From an uncultured Gammaproteobacteria bacterium (GTDB taxonomy: Bacteria; Pseudomonadota; Gammaproteobacteria; JACCXJ01): a DNA stretch of 64,000 nucleotides. The notes under the pieces were generated by a model. That model saw only the letters and a list, made by a program, of their open reading frames with translations, made no database searches and was not told the DNA's origin. A program made the position numbers and the translations under genes. Below, piece by piece: positions 41,649-52,084 of this stretch. How positions within the stretch are numbered: the stretch's first letter is position 1; the number at the start of each line of letters is the position of its first letter. The DNA is taken from contig CAVXTM010000018.1 of NCBI GenBank assembly GCA_963764725.1, forward strand, positions 160,001-224,000, written 5' to 3'.

Positions 41649-42010
41649 TGCGGTGGTACGCATCGCCGCGGGTGGGCAGGTGGCCGCACTGGTGATGGCG
41701 GGCACGAGGTACTGGTCGCTAGAAGCAGTGGCAAGAATAGCGTCTACGCTTTGCGTGTGCTTCGCGAAGATGACGGCATTGAGGTTGTGGAGGCTTGCCG
41801 GCGGTCAACCCCGAGTCGGGAAGGATCGCTACGCACGCGTTGCGCGAAGACTAGATCGACGCCGTGCCCGCGGATCGAGCAGGGGCGGTTTATTGGCGGG
41901 GGGAATTGGGTGTGTTAAAAACTCCCTCGGGTGCAGTCCTTAGCGTTGTGGAGTTCCCAATTAAGCGGTTATATGATGACTGCCGTGATTATGCATCAAT
42001 CCGTTGATTG

Positions 42011-42058
42011 GGTTAGACACCGGATTAGACACAGATTGGTGTCGGATTCTAGTTGGGC
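42011..42058 (+). other. Putative attI-like site
   Basis: Direct repeats TTAGACAC upstream of core GTTGGGC, which complements GCCCAAC of the next cassette's attC. Confidence 0.55.
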
Positions 42059-42075
42059 CTGTAGGGAGAGAGTGA

Positions 42076-42558
42076 ATGCAAATTGAACTTTCCGCGCTGA
42101 TCGCTGGGTTCATTGGCCTTCTGTTGGCGTGGGTCTTCCCGGTGGGTTGGCTTGTACAGCGCGTCAAAAAGGGCATAGCTCTTCCCCCTCCATCGGATGC
42201 ACTCAAAGAGAAGTGGACTGCTTTAACCACAGATCCAGATGAAGATAACAGCGGAGCTATCCTCGGTAAGCTTGAGCTTGTGCTCTTCTACTTGGCTTTT
42301 TGGATGGCTGCGCAAGAAATCATAGCGGGATGGTTCGCGCTAAAGGTTGCGTCAAAATGGGAAGCTTGGGGCACAACGGGACGGCTACCTGAGTCGCTAG
42401 ATGGAGTAGATGATCTCAGTTACATGATTTCAAGACGTCGCTGGGCGTCACAGCGGCTCATGTCATTCCTCGTCGGCACCATAGCCAACGTGCTTGCTGC
42501 GTTTGGAGGGTTCATCATTGCCAAGAATGTTGTGGCGCCGCTTCTCAGTTGCTTCTAA
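42076..42558 (+). CDS. Cassette-borne membrane protein
   Basis: GAILGKLE, WFALKVASKW, FLVGTIAN; followed by attC. Confidence 0.7.
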   Translation: MQIELSALIAGFIGLLLAWVFPVGWLVQRVKKGIALPPPSDALKEKWTALTTDPDEDNSGAILGKLELVLFYLAFWMAAQEIIAGWFALKVASKWEAWGTTGRLPESLDGVDDLSYMISRRRWASQRLMSFLVGTIANVLAAFGGFIIAKNVVAPLLSCF

Positions 42559-42566
42559 TGGATATG

Positions 42567-42638
42567 GCCCAACAATGCGCTCCAGCCGACTGCTCGACCG
42601 CTGCGCGGTTTCGCGTCGGCTGAGCTTGGTCGTTAGGG
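42567..42638 (+). other. attC site
   Basis: GCCCAAC-AATGCGCTCCAGCCGAC ... GTCGGCTGAGCTTGGTC-GTTAGGG. Confidence 0.88.
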
Positions 42639-42776
42639 CTCGCGACTATGCCGCTGGCTGAAGAAATTCCGCTCGGCGAATTGCCCGAGGGAGTGATTGA
42701 AGCTGCCTCGAAGGATCTTGCGAAGTATTGCGTGGGATTCGTACGCGTCGAGGATACGCCACGAAGGCAGGATGCC

Positions 42777-42904
42777 GCGGAATTAGGGGACAGACCACGA
42801 TATATTTGTCTATGCGTCGCAGCAGGTGCGCTATTGGTCGATATATCCCCTAATTCCGGCGGATACCTCAGGGTCTGTCCCCTCATTTCTCCCTGATTTC
42901 TCCG
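42777..42904. repeat. GGGGACAGACC REP, degenerate copy truncating a cassette ORF (starts 42648)
   Basis: Near-identical to 41525-41600. Confidence 0.75.
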
Positions 42905-42941
42905 TTATGCCCCACTACCCTGACACGCTATACTTGACATC

Positions 42942-43181
42942 ATGAACACGGTCATTGAGCTAGAGAAACAGATATTGGCTCTCCCCGCTGCTGAGCGGGA
43001 GCAACTTGCAGTAGTCGCTTGGGAGAGTTTAGTTGGTGATCCAAGCGTGGCTGGCAATCGCAAGATCGACCCAGAGGGCATCAAGACTGCTGCACAACGC
43101 GATGCAGAGATTGAGGCTGGCGCAGTTCAACCCATTGGTCAGGCTGAGTTCTTGCGGCGCACCGGTGGCATCTCGGAATGA
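42942..43181 (+). CDS. Addiction-module antitoxin
   Basis: LALPAAEREQL..AWESL; upstream of a RelE/ParE toxin. Confidence 0.75.
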   Translation: MNTVIELEKQILALPAAEREQLAVVAWESLVGDPSVAGNRKIDPEGIKTAAQRDAEIEAGAVQPIGQAEFLRRTGGISE

Positions 43182-43471
43182 GGGTTGAATATCACCCTCT
43201 CACCGTATTCGATCTCAATGACGCCGTCGTGTACTACAACCAGCAACGTCCTGGCCTTGGTGAGGAGTTTCGGTCCGAGGTGTATGCGGCCATTGCACGC
43301 ATTCGCGCAAATTCATCCCACTACGCCGTTGTCGAGCACGATATTCGCCGCTGCTTCGTGCACCGCTTCCCATACGCTGTCTTGTTCCGCTTTATTAACG
43401 AAGAGGTCATTCGCATACTGATCATTCGCCATCACCGTCGTCATCCAAGCTTTGGCCTTGGTCGCCGATAG
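43178..43471 (+). CDS. RelE/ParE family toxin
   Basis: YYNQQRPGLGEEF...RFPYAVLF...HHRRHP. Confidence 0.88.
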   Translation: MRVEYHPLTVFDLNDAVVYYNQQRPGLGEEFRSEVYAAIARIRANSSHYAVVEHDIRRCFVHRFPYAVLFRFINEEVIRILIIRHHRRHPSFGLGRR

Positions 43472-43587
43472 TGAGCGGTCGGGGAGGTGTGTGTGTTTTA
43501 CGATGTTGCAGGCTCGACCGTTGAGGTATTGGCGATCGTGCCCAAGTCGGAGGCAACCACATGGCTCGCCCAGTTCGGAAGTCCCAA

Positions 43588-43830
43588 GTGAAGGAAGTCC
43601 CTCTGTCCGAGATCAAGAACGACCTGTCTCGCTTTCTGCGTGAAGCCGAGATACAGGAAATCGTCATCACGCGCCACGGCAAACCGGCCGGGGTGCTCAT
43701 CGGTTTTGAGACGGAGGACGACTGGTTTGATTACCGGTTCGAGAACGACCCGCGGTTCTTGCAGCGGGTCGAGCAAGCACGCCAAAGCCTGCGCGCCGGT
43801 CGAGGCATCAAATTGCGAGACGTGAAGTGA
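43588..43830 (+). CDS. Phd/YefM antitoxin (preceded by a RelE C-terminal relic at ~43490-43590)
   Basis: EIKNDLSRFL...IVITRHGKPAGVL. Confidence 0.88.
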   Translation: MKEVPLSEIKNDLSRFLREAEIQEIVITRHGKPAGVLIGFETEDDWFDYRFENDPRFLQRVEQARQSLRAGRGIKLRDVK

Positions 43831-43837
43831 TAGCGCG

Positions 43838-43906
43838 CTCTAACCGCGCGGTCGAAAGCGACGCGCGGCAAGAGCGGCCACACGCGCTTCACGACGAGCG
43901 TTGGCC
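43838..43906 (+). other. attC site
   Basis: CTCTAAC ... GAAAGCGACGCG ... CGCGCTTCACGACGAGC-GTTGGCC. Confidence 0.75.
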
Positions 43907-44570
43907 AGAGCTGAAGGCCGCGGTGCAGTGCCAGTGAACACTCTTCGGCTAACTTGCAGGGGAATCAGCAGAGGCGCCTCTTCTAATGATCTTATCGTGG
44001 TAGGCATGGCAACGCTGGAGATCGCCAGATAGGTGCTCCTAGCCGAGCCGCGTGGCCGTCAGAATCAAGGTCACCCCGAGCGGTGGACGAATGCGGTTTT
44101 TCACGGAGCGGAATCAAGCCGAGAGTGTGTTGCGCATGAGCCGCTTCGCTAGGCTATCTCCGCCGTATCGGAACGATTCGTCAATCCGGCGCCGAAGAAG
44201 GCGCGCGGTCACGAAGCGGGCGCCACACCGACCAAGTTCCAGTACCGAAGATCGTCGATGCGGGTGTTGTGGCGCGCCGCGAGCTCGCACAGCGATTCAC
44301 GCGAATAGCGGAGCGGAAGTGTCCCATGTCCCTATCGCGCGGGCCGAACAATGCCATTAGGGCCGGTACGGTCACGATGAGCCGCCCGCCCGGGCGGGTG
44401 AGCGGCCCAATAGTTTATAGTCTGCGACACGCGTACTGACGAAACCTACGGTCCTCGTTCTTCCAAGGTTTTCGTTCCCGGATAACGGTACCGCGAATGG
44501 ACTCGCACTTGCGTCTCCTGCTGGCAAGGGGGAGGATGGATGAGCGACACGGTGTTTCGCCGAGGTCTCG

Positions 44571-45596
44571 ATGCCCGCCAATCTTACACCCGAGTACAAG
44601 GCCGCGGAGGCCGCGTTTCGCCAAGCCCGCGATCCGCGGGAGCGGTTGGAGCGGCTGCGGGAGATGCTCCGCACAATCCCCAAGCACAAAGGCACCGACC
44701 ACCTTCAGGGGGATATCAAGCGCCGAATCAAGGAACTGTCCGAAGAGATCGAAGGGCCAAAGAAGGGCGGGGCGCGCGGCGGACCGGTGCTGGTCATCCG
44801 GCCCGAAGGCGCCGCGCAGATAGCATTGATTGGGCCGCCGAATGCGGGGAAATCCTCGCTGCACGCGCGCCTCACGGGCTCAGAGGCGCGCGTCGGGCCC
44901 TATCCCTTCACGACCGAGTATCCCGAGCCGGGCATGATGCCTTACGAAGATATTCACTTTCAGCTCGTGGATCTGCCCGCCATATCACCTGATCATCGCG
45001 CGCCGTGGCTTGCCAATACGTTGGAAACGGCCGATGCGTGCCTGCTGGTCGTGGATGTCGGCGAGCCGGATTGCGTCGAACGCATGGAAGCCCTGCACGC
45101 CGTCCTGCGCGAGAAGCGCGTGACGCTGACCGCTCGCTGGGAGCACGGCGCGGAATCGCTAAACACCGCCGCGGAGGCCGATGAGGACCCGTTCGCGCTA
45201 TGGCTTCCCGCGCTCATCCTCGCGAACAAGGCAGAGCGCATCGCCGATGTCGAGGCTGAGCTTGAGGCGTTTCTCGAGCTGACCGGCTTTGGCTATTCCG
45301 CGCTCGCGGTCTCCGCAGAGACGGGCCAGGGGCTCGGCGAGATCGGGCCGTGGCTGTTTCGCAGTCTCGGCATCGTCCGCGTCTACACCAAGGCGCCGGG
45401 CCGTCCCGCGGACAAAGGCCGGCCGTTCACGCTGCGCCGCGGCCAGACTGTGGAGGATGTCGCGCGGCTCGTCCATCGGGACATCGCGCACACGCTTAAA
45501 TACGCGCGCGTCTGGGGCTCCTCGGGGTTCGACGGACAGCACGTGGGGCGTGACCATCCGGTGAGGGATGGCGATCTCATCGAGTTACACACATGA
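44571..45596 (+). CDS. DRG/Obg-like GTPase with TGS domain
   Basis: MPANLTPEY, PKHKGT, GPPNAGKS, YPFTT, DLP, ANK, RVYTK. Confidence 0.9.
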   Translation: MPANLTPEYKAAEAAFRQARDPRERLERLREMLRTIPKHKGTDHLQGDIKRRIKELSEEIEGPKKGGARGGPVLVIRPEGAAQIALIGPPNAGKSSLHARLTGSEARVGPYPFTTEYPEPGMMPYEDIHFQLVDLPAISPDHRAPWLANTLETADACLLVVDVGEPDCVERMEALHAVLREKRVTLTARWEHGAESLNTAAEADEDPFALWLPALILANKAERIADVEAELEAFLELTGFGYSALAVSAETGQGLGEIGPWLFRSLGIVRVYTKAPGRPADKGRPFTLRRGQTVEDVARLVHRDIAHTLKYARVWGSSGFDGQHVGRDHPVRDGDLIELHT

Positions 45597-45723
45597 CAGC
45601 GCGGGCCCACCGCGTGCGAGTGGATCCCGTGCATTCCCTGTACGGAATGGCGGTATATAATAACTGGGACGACTTGACTATGCCGGATCGATGAGCGCAT
45701 TACTAGCATTCTTGGCCATCTGA

Positions 45724-46512
45724 ATGAACATTCAACTGACAGGCAAACGAGCGCTCGTCTGCGGAAGCAGCCAAGGGATTGGCAAGGCCATCGCTATCGA
45801 GTTGTCCCGACTCGGAGCCAGCGTAACCCTCTTCGCGCGTGATCGCGCGCGGCTCAATGAGGCAAAAGCCGCGCTCGCCATCGATCAGAATCGGCACCAT
45901 CATGTGCTGGTCGCCGATTTCAACCGGCCCGATGATCTGAAAGCGGCGCTCGCAGGCTACCTTCCTAAAACCGATCCCGTGCATATTCTGGTGAATAATA
46001 GCGGCGGGCCTCCACCCGGCGCGGCCTATCAAGCGGCACCCGAGGCCTACCTCGCTGCATTTTCACAGCACCTGCTCTGTAATCAGATCCTGGTGCAAGC
46101 GCTGCTGGAAGGCATGAAAGCCGCCGGCTATGGCCGCATCGTGAATATCATCTCGACCTCGGTGAAACAACCGATTCCCGGTCTTGGAGTCTCCAACACC
46201 GTGCGCGGCGCGGTCGCAAGCTGGGCCAAGACTCTGGCCGGCGAGCTCGGTCCTTTCGGCATCACCGTCAATAATGTCTTGCCGGGTTCGACGCGCACCG
46301 GCCGTCTGGCCGCGATCCTGGAAACGAAAGCGCGCGAATACCACCAAGCGCTGGCCGAGATCGAGGCGGCGGAAATGGCATCGATCCCGCTCCGGCGTTT
46401 CGCCGAGCCGCACGAGATCGCTTCGGCGGTCGCGTTTCTGTGCTCGCCGGCCGCCGCTTACATTACCGGGATCAACTTGCCGGTCGACGGCGGCCGCACT
46501 CAGAGCTTGTGA
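45724..46512 (+). CDS. SDR family oxidoreductase
   Basis: GSSQGIG, NNSGGPP, VDGG. Confidence 0.92.
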   Translation: MNIQLTGKRALVCGSSQGIGKAIAIELSRLGASVTLFARDRARLNEAKAALAIDQNRHHHVLVADFNRPDDLKAALAGYLPKTDPVHILVNNSGGPPPGAAYQAAPEAYLAAFSQHLLCNQILVQALLEGMKAAGYGRIVNIISTSVKQPIPGLGVSNTVRGAVASWAKTLAGELGPFGITVNNVLPGSTRTGRLAAILETKAREYHQALAEIEAAEMASIPLRRFAEPHEIASAVAFLCSPAAAYITGINLPVDGGRTQSL

Positions 46513-46654
46513 AAAAATCTACTGCGCTCGGGATCTCGCGTTCTGGCGGTGCTCGGAATCCTCATGTATTTCAACATACACTCCGGTTCCTGTGCTCCGG
46601 CGGAACGCGACTTCCCTTCGCTCGCGACGATTTTTTCAGAACCTCTCAGTGTCT

Positions 46655-48106
46655 ATGAATATGTTAGAGCGAATCGCCAATTACATCGACGGCCGGCTCG
46701 AAGCGCCCCGCTCCGGCGGTTATATCGATAACATCGAACCCGCCACCGGGCAGGTCTACTCCCTGACCCCGGATTCCGATTCGGCGGATCTCGAACAGGC
46801 GATGACGGCTGCCAGTCGCGCGTTTCCTGAGTGGTCGGCCTTGTCCGCCGAGGAACGCGCCCGGCTCTTGCTCGGCATCGCCGACCGTATCGAAGCGGAG
46901 ACGGAGCCGCTCGCCCGGGCCGAGAGCATCGACACCGGCAAGCCTATCAGCCTGGCCAGGCAGGTCGATATTCCCCGGGCGGTGGCGAATATGCGGTTCT
47001 TCGCCCATGCCATCACCCAGTTTGCGAGTGAAGCCCACAGCATGGGTGCGCTCGCCATCAACTACACCTTGCGGCACGCTTTGGGCGTGGTGGCATGCAT
47101 CTCGCCCTGGAACCTGCCGCTTTATATTTTGACCTGGAAGATCGCGCCGGCTCTCGCGAGCGGCAACTGTGTCATCGCTAAGCCGTCGGAAGTCACGCCG
47201 ATGACAGCGTATTTGCTCGCGCGGATCTGCATCGACCTAGGCTTGCCGAGAGGCGTCTTGAATATCCTTCACGGCGCGGGCCCGCGCATCGGCCGCGCGC
47301 TAGTCGCACACCCCAGGATCAAGGCGATTTCATTTACCGGCGGGACCCGGACCGGGGCAGAGATCGCACGCACCGCGGCGCCCCAGTTCAAAAAACTCTC
47401 ACTCGAGCTCGGGGGCAAGAACCCGACCTTGGTATTCGCCGATTGCGACTGGGATGCGACGCTCGCGACCACGGTGCGCGCCGCGTTCTCGAACCAGGGA
47501 CAGATCTGTTTGTGCGGCTCGCGCATCTTCGTCGAGCAGCCGATCTATGATCGCTTCCGGAGCGATTTCCTGGCCCGCACCGAAGCCTTGGAACTGGGCG
47601 ATCCGCTCGATGAGAAGACCCAGCAAGGCGCGCTCGTGTCCGAGTTACACCTGCACAAGGTGCTTTCCGCGATAGAGCTCGGCCAGCAAGAAGGCGGCAC
47701 GATCCTCGTCGGCGGTCACCGCGTGACGGTGCCGGGACGCTGCGCAGAGGGTTATTTCGTCAAGCCGACGGTATTCGAAGATTTGCCCTTCGATTGCCGC
47801 ACCAATCAGGAGGAGATCTTTGGCCCGGTCGCCACCTTGATTCCGTTCGAGGGCGAAACGCAAGTGCTAGAATATGCAAACAGCACCGAGTATGGCTTGG
47901 CGGCAACGGTTTGGAGCCGCGATGTGCAGCGCTGCCACCGCGTCGCTCAGCAGCTTGAGGCCGGGGTGGTGTGGATCAATACCTGGCTGGTGCGGGATCT
48001 GCGTACGCCTTTCGGCGGGACGAAACACTCCGGCGTCGGCCGCGAAGGGGGCGTGGAGGCCCTGCGCTTTTTTACCGAAACCAAGAACGTGTGCATAAAG
48101 CTGTAG
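46655..48106 (+). CDS. Aldehyde dehydrogenase, probable 2-aminomuconate semialdehyde dehydrogenase
   Basis: PWNLP, FTGGT, ELGGKN, GQICLCGSR, EEIFGP, RDLRTPFGG; gene context. Confidence 0.88.
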   Translation: MNMLERIANYIDGRLEAPRSGGYIDNIEPATGQVYSLTPDSDSADLEQAMTAASRAFPEWSALSAEERARLLLGIADRIEAETEPLARAESIDTGKPISLARQVDIPRAVANMRFFAHAITQFASEAHSMGALAINYTLRHALGVVACISPWNLPLYILTWKIAPALASGNCVIAKPSEVTPMTAYLLARICIDLGLPRGVLNILHGAGPRIGRALVAHPRIKAISFTGGTRTGAEIARTAAPQFKKLSLELGGKNPTLVFADCDWDATLATTVRAAFSNQGQICLCGSRIFVEQPIYDRFRSDFLARTEALELGDPLDEKTQQGALVSELHLHKVLSAIELGQQEGGTILVGGHRVTVPGRCAEGYFVKPTVFEDLPFDCRTNQEEIFGPVATLIPFEGETQVLEYANSTEYGLAATVWSRDVQRCHRVAQQLEAGVVWINTWLVRDLRTPFGGTKHSGVGREGGVEALRFFTETKNVCIKL

Positions 48107-48107
48107 A

Positions 48108-48524
48108 ATGTCTCATGCCATCGTCTCGCGAAACGCCCCCGAGCCGGTCGGACCCTATCCTCATGCACGCCGCGTGGGAAGTTTGCTATTCCTCTCGGGC
48201 ATCGGCCCCCGCCGACGCGGGAACCCGACCATCCCCGGCGTCACGCTCGATGCCAACGGAAATATCGTTGACTACGACATCGAGATCCAATGCCGTGCGG
48301 TGTTCGAGAATGTCAGAACCGTGCTCGACGAGGCTGGTTCAAGCTGGGATCGCCTGGTCGATGTCACGGTGTTTCTGACCGATCTCAAACGTGATTTCGA
48401 GACCTATAATCGCGTGTACGCGCAGTATTTCACGGACCACGGGCCTTGCCGCACCACCGTAGAGGTGAGCCGCCTGCCGACTCCGATCGCCATCGAGGTG
48501 AAATGCATCGCGACCATCGATTAG
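48108..48524 (+). CDS. RidA family protein, probable 2-aminomuconate deaminase
   Basis: [25 protein letters not shown]. Confidence 0.88.
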   Translation: MSHAIVSRNAPEPVGPYPHARRVGSLLFLSGIGPRRRGNPTIPGVTLDANGNIVDYDIEIQCRAVFENVRTVLDEAGSSWDRLVDVTVFLTDLKRDFETYNRVYAQYFTDHGPCRTTVEVSRLPTPIAIEVKCIATID

Positions 48525-48541
48525 ATCCGCCGGAGACCTCC

Positions 48542-49063
48542 ATGCAACGACTTTCACCTCCGATTAATTTCCAGCGCTGGATCGACGCGCACCGCGAGAT
48601 CTTTAAGCCTCCGGTTTGCAACAAGCAGGTGTTCGAGGAAGGCGACTTCATCGTCATGGTTGTCGGCGGCCCCAATAATCGCAAGGACTACCACGTCGAT
48701 GAAGGGCCGGAGTTCTTCTACCAGCTTGAAGGCGACATGCTGCTCAAAACGATCCAAGACGGCATGGTAGTCGATATCGCGATTCGCCAAGGCGAAATCT
48801 TTCTGCTGCCGCCCAAGGTTCCTCATTCTCCACAACGCTACGCCAACACCGTCGGCCTCGTCATCGAGCGTAAGCGCCTCCCCCACGAGCAAGACGGACT
48901 GCAATGGTATTGCGACCACTGCCACGCGCTCCTATACGAAGAGTTCTTTCAGCTACGCAACATCGAGAAAGATTTCCCGCCCGTCTTCGAGCGCTTTTTT
49001 TCCAGCGAAAAACATAGGACCTGCGCGCGTTGCGGCGCGGTGATGGCGACGCCCGGGAGGTGA
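48542..49063 (+). CDS. nbaC: 3-hydroxyanthranilate 3,4-dioxygenase
   Basis: KPPVCNK, VGGPN.RKDYH..EGPEFF, VPHSPQR, two CxxC. Confidence 0.95.
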   Translation: MQRLSPPINFQRWIDAHREIFKPPVCNKQVFEEGDFIVMVVGGPNNRKDYHVDEGPEFFYQLEGDMLLKTIQDGMVVDIAIRQGEIFLLPPKVPHSPQRYANTVGLVIERKRLPHEQDGLQWYCDHCHALLYEEFFQLRNIEKDFPPVFERFFSSEKHRTCARCGAVMATPGR

Positions 49064-49071
49064 AAATATTT

Positions 49072-49162
49072 CGCCTGGGGCATCCCCCAGGCGACCAAGT
49101 GAGAGTTGCACTACTCCCCTTTGGAAACCCCAATGCTAAGGTTCCCGCGCAAGCGGCGGGTT
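49072..49162 (+). repeat. Three-hairpin GGAAACCCC repeat, copy 3
   Basis: CGCCTGGGG..CCCCAGGCG, GACC, CTCCCCTTTGGAAACCCC, hairpin. Confidence 0.8.
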
Positions 49163-49182
49163 ACTAATGAGTGAACCGGTTC

Positions 49183-50193
49183 ATGCTCAAGATCGACATC
49201 CATACGCACATCTTGCCTCCGCGTTGGCCTGATCTTAAAGAGCGCTACGGTTACGGAGGTTTTATACGGCTTGAGCATACCCGTTGCGGGCATGCGCGCC
49301 TGCTGAGGAACGGCGAGGTCTTTCGCGAGATCGGGGAGAATTGCTGGGACCCGGAGGCGCGGCTGCGCGAGTGCGAGGTCAGCGGGGTGGATGTGCAGGT
49401 GCTGTCCACGGTACCGGTGATGTTCAGTTACTGGGCGAAGCCGGAGCATACCCTTGACCTCTGCCGTCTTCTCAACGATCACATCGCCGGTGTGGTCGAA
49501 GCCCACTCTAAGCGTTTCGTTGGTCTCGGGAGCGTGCCGCTGCAGGACCCCGAGCTTGCCATCGAGGAGATGAAACGATGCATGCGCGAGTTGCGGCTGG
49601 CCGGGATCGAGATCGGTTCGCATGTCAATAGTTGGAACCTGGATGACGCACATCTGTTTCCAGTCTTCGAAGCGGCGCAAGCGCTCGGGGCCGCCGTATT
49701 CGTGCACCCTTGGGACATGCTGGGCAAAGAGCGCATGCCCAAGTATTGGCTTCCCTGGCTGGTGGGCATGCCGGCCGAAACCTCGCTCGCGATCTGCTCC
49801 ATGATCTTCGGCGGTGTCCTGGAAAGATTACCAGGCTTACGGGTGGCCTTCGCCCACGGCGGCGGCGCCTTTCCGGCGACCATTGGTCGCATCGAGCACG
49901 GCTACAAGGTGCGGCCCGATCTCTGTGCCGCGGACATTCCACATAGTCCCCGCGCCTACTTGTCACGCATCTACTTGGATTCGCTGGTGCATGATCCGCG
50001 CATGTTGCGCTACTTGATCGACCTCATGGGAGCCGAGCGCATCGCACTAGGATCGGACTATCCGTTCCCGCTCGGCGAGGTCGAACCGGGGAAGCTCATC
50101 GAGTCGGCCGGATTGGATGCAGAGACAAACGCGCGCCTGCTGCACGGCACCGCGTTGGAATGGCTCGATCTCCCCAAGGACAGGTTCGGTTGA
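49183..50193 (+). CDS. nbaD: ACMS decarboxylase (amidohydrolase)
   Basis: IDIHTH, FVHPWDM, WLVGMPAET, AHGGG, GSDYPFPLGE. Confidence 0.9.
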   Translation: MLKIDIHTHILPPRWPDLKERYGYGGFIRLEHTRCGHARLLRNGEVFREIGENCWDPEARLRECEVSGVDVQVLSTVPVMFSYWAKPEHTLDLCRLLNDHIAGVVEAHSKRFVGLGSVPLQDPELAIEEMKRCMRELRLAGIEIGSHVNSWNLDDAHLFPVFEAAQALGAAVFVHPWDMLGKERMPKYWLPWLVGMPAETSLAICSMIFGGVLERLPGLRVAFAHGGGAFPATIGRIEHGYKVRPDLCAADIPHSPRAYLSRIYLDSLVHDPRMLRYLIDLMGAERIALGSDYPFPLGEVEPGKLIESAGLDAETNARLLHGTALEWLDLPKDRFG

Positions 50194-51014
50194 TGGACAT
50201 GCGCATCACCTTGAGCGGCCAACGCTATAGGGTCAAACTCGATAGCCCAATAAGCCTCGCGATACCGCTCGCTTTCGGCGGCGCGCAGCCGAGCTTCTTC
50301 GGCGCGCCTCGGGCGAGCGCGGCGCCGCTCGCGATCGGGGGCTTCGTGGGTGACATCACCCAGGGCGGGAGTTGCAACGTCGCCGAGTTGCGGCTCGTGC
50401 CCCATTGCAACGGCACTCACACCGAATCGGTGGGCCATATCGTGCGTGAAGCGATGCCGATCGCCGCCTGTTTGACGCGAACGCTCATTCCGACCCGCGT
50501 CATCACCGTTACCCCCTCTGCAGCCGATGGGACCCAAGATCGATATATACCCGCCACAGAGAGCGATGATTGGCTCATCACCCGCGACGCATTGGAATTC
50601 GCGCTGCGCGATCTCGAGAGCGATGAGATCCAAGCATTGGCCATGCGTACCCTGCCCAACGATGAATCGAAGAAAAACCGGCGTTACGGGGACGCGTGCC
50701 GGCCGCCGTTTTTCTCCCTCGAGGCCATGCAAACGCTCATCGACCGCGGCGTGGAGCATGTGCTCGTAGACCTTCCCTCACTCGACAAGATGCATGACGA
50801 GGGGCGCTTGACCAATCATCACTTATTCTGGAACGTCCCCGCGGAAGGTCATGCGCTAACGGCTGAGACCAAGATTTTTAAGACAATCACCGAGATGATC
50901 TTCGTGCCCAATGAGGTACGAGATGGATGTTACCTGCTCGACCTCCAGGTACCCGCGTTTATGAGCGATGCCGCGCCGTCGAGGCCGGTGATCTATCCCT
51001 TGGAGCCGGCATGA
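50193..51014 (+). CDS. Cyclase family protein (kynurenine formamidase-like)
   Basis: PHCNGTHTE, DLPSLD, TITE, DAAPSRP. Confidence 0.85.
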   Translation: MDMRITLSGQRYRVKLDSPISLAIPLAFGGAQPSFFGAPRASAAPLAIGGFVGDITQGGSCNVAELRLVPHCNGTHTESVGHIVREAMPIAACLTRTLIPTRVITVTPSAADGTQDRYIPATESDDWLITRDALEFALRDLESDEIQALAMRTLPNDESKKNRRYGDACRPPFFSLEAMQTLIDRGVEHVLVDLPSLDKMHDEGRLTNHHLFWNVPAEGHALTAETKIFKTITEMIFVPNEVRDGCYLLDLQVPAFMSDAAPSRPVIYPLEPA

Positions 51015-51295
51015 CGGTATTGGAAATCCACGCCCTTAATGGGGAGACGGACATCGATCCAACCCCGGCACGAAAGCTCATCGAGCACGGCCGGCTACTG
51101 CGGCGGAAGGAGGATCTGAAGGGCGCGGAAGAAGGAGAGAGTGTCTCTCGAAGCGGTTGCTAGGCAAACATTAGCCGGCCACCATCCAATGACAGGGCGG
51201 GTTGGGCGTCGCTTTTTGCGCCGTAACTCGCCAAGCCGTTGGCCGCAGGCCGACTCTTCAACGTGCTTGCCAGCCCGCATTCCAAGGAGACGCGC
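50935..51295 (+). repeat. Diverged ~350-bp direct repeat, copy 1 (cyclase 3' end plus downstream)
   Basis: Matches 54128-54462. Confidence 0.85.
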
Positions 51296-51362
51296 TAACC
51301 CGCTGCCGGACGAAGCGCAGCGTAGTGGGCAGTCCTAGCTAGAGTTGATGCGATAGTTAGGC
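51291..51362 (-). other. attC site (truncated) downstream of higBA
   Basis: Minus strand GCCTAAC...GGTTAGCGCG; the cassette begins with GTTAGGT at 52057. Confidence 0.65.
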
Positions 51363-51371
51363 TTCAAGGCT

Positions 51372-51680
51372 CTACGCCGCGAGTTCTTGGAGAACTTCGG
51401 GATGGCGCTCGGCGATCTTGAGCAGAGTTTTCGCCGCCCCAGACGGTTTACGCCGGCCTTGCTCCCAGTCTTGCAAGGTGCGAACCGAGACCCCAAGGAG
51501 TGCAGCAAATGCAGGCTGCGATAATCCGGATGCAATCCGTGCCCGTGCTACTTCAGAGACACCCGGTTGGTGCGTGCGGCCACGAGCCTCAGCCTTCATT
51601 TCTCGCACGGAAGCGAGCAGTTCGGCCCCGATATCGCGCTTGGCATCGCGCGTATTCAATTCACGTTCGGTCTTAGGCAT
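51372..51680 (-). CDS. HigA-like HTH antitoxin
   Basis: LSQPAFAALLGVSVRTLQDWEQGRR. Confidence 0.9.
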   Translation of the reverse strand: MPKTERELNTRDAKRDIGAELLASVREMKAEARGRTHQPGVSEVARARIASGLSQPAFAALLGVSVRTLQDWEQGRRKPSGAAKTLLKIAERHPEVLQELAA

Positions 51681-51987
51681 TTTCGATTTCCTCCTTGATC
51701 CGGCGAAGCACATGTGAGGGGATGTTCTCTCTCGCACTCTTGCCATAGATCAACAGCAACCAGATTTCACCACGGGTGAGGCGATTGAAGTAGATAACCC
51801 TCACCCCGCCTCGCTTGCCACGGCCAGCGTAACTCCAGCGCACCTTGCGCACGCCGCCGGAACCAGGAACAACGTCACCGGCTTCGGGATTGGCTGCGAT
51901 ATAGGAGGCGAAGGTACTACGTTCCTCCTCGCTCCAGTAGTCGGCGGCTAGGCGCGAAAATGTTGGAGTTTCGATGACAGTGTACAA
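51673..51987 (-). CDS. RelE/HigB-2-like toxin
   Basis: GDVVPGSGGVRKVRW...GKRGGVRVIY. Confidence 0.9.
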   Translation of the reverse strand: MYTVIETPTFSRLAADYWSEEERSTFASYIAANPEAGDVVPGSGGVRKVRWSYAGRGKRGGVRVIYFNRLTRGEIWLLLIYGKSARENIPSHVLRRIKEEIENA

Positions 51988-51989
51988 AC

Positions 51990-52024
51990 GCCTAAATGTA
52001 CGGCATTGCCGTATCACCGTCAAT
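51990..52024 (-). promoter_or_regulatory. Sigma70-like promoter with palindromic operator for higBA
   Basis: TTGACG-N17-TACATT overlapping TACGGCAATGCCGTA. Confidence 0.65.
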
Positions 52025-52084
52025 GTCGGGTGACAGCCTCCTTACCGCAAACCTAACGCTTGAATGTCAGCGGGCGCCGGCCCA

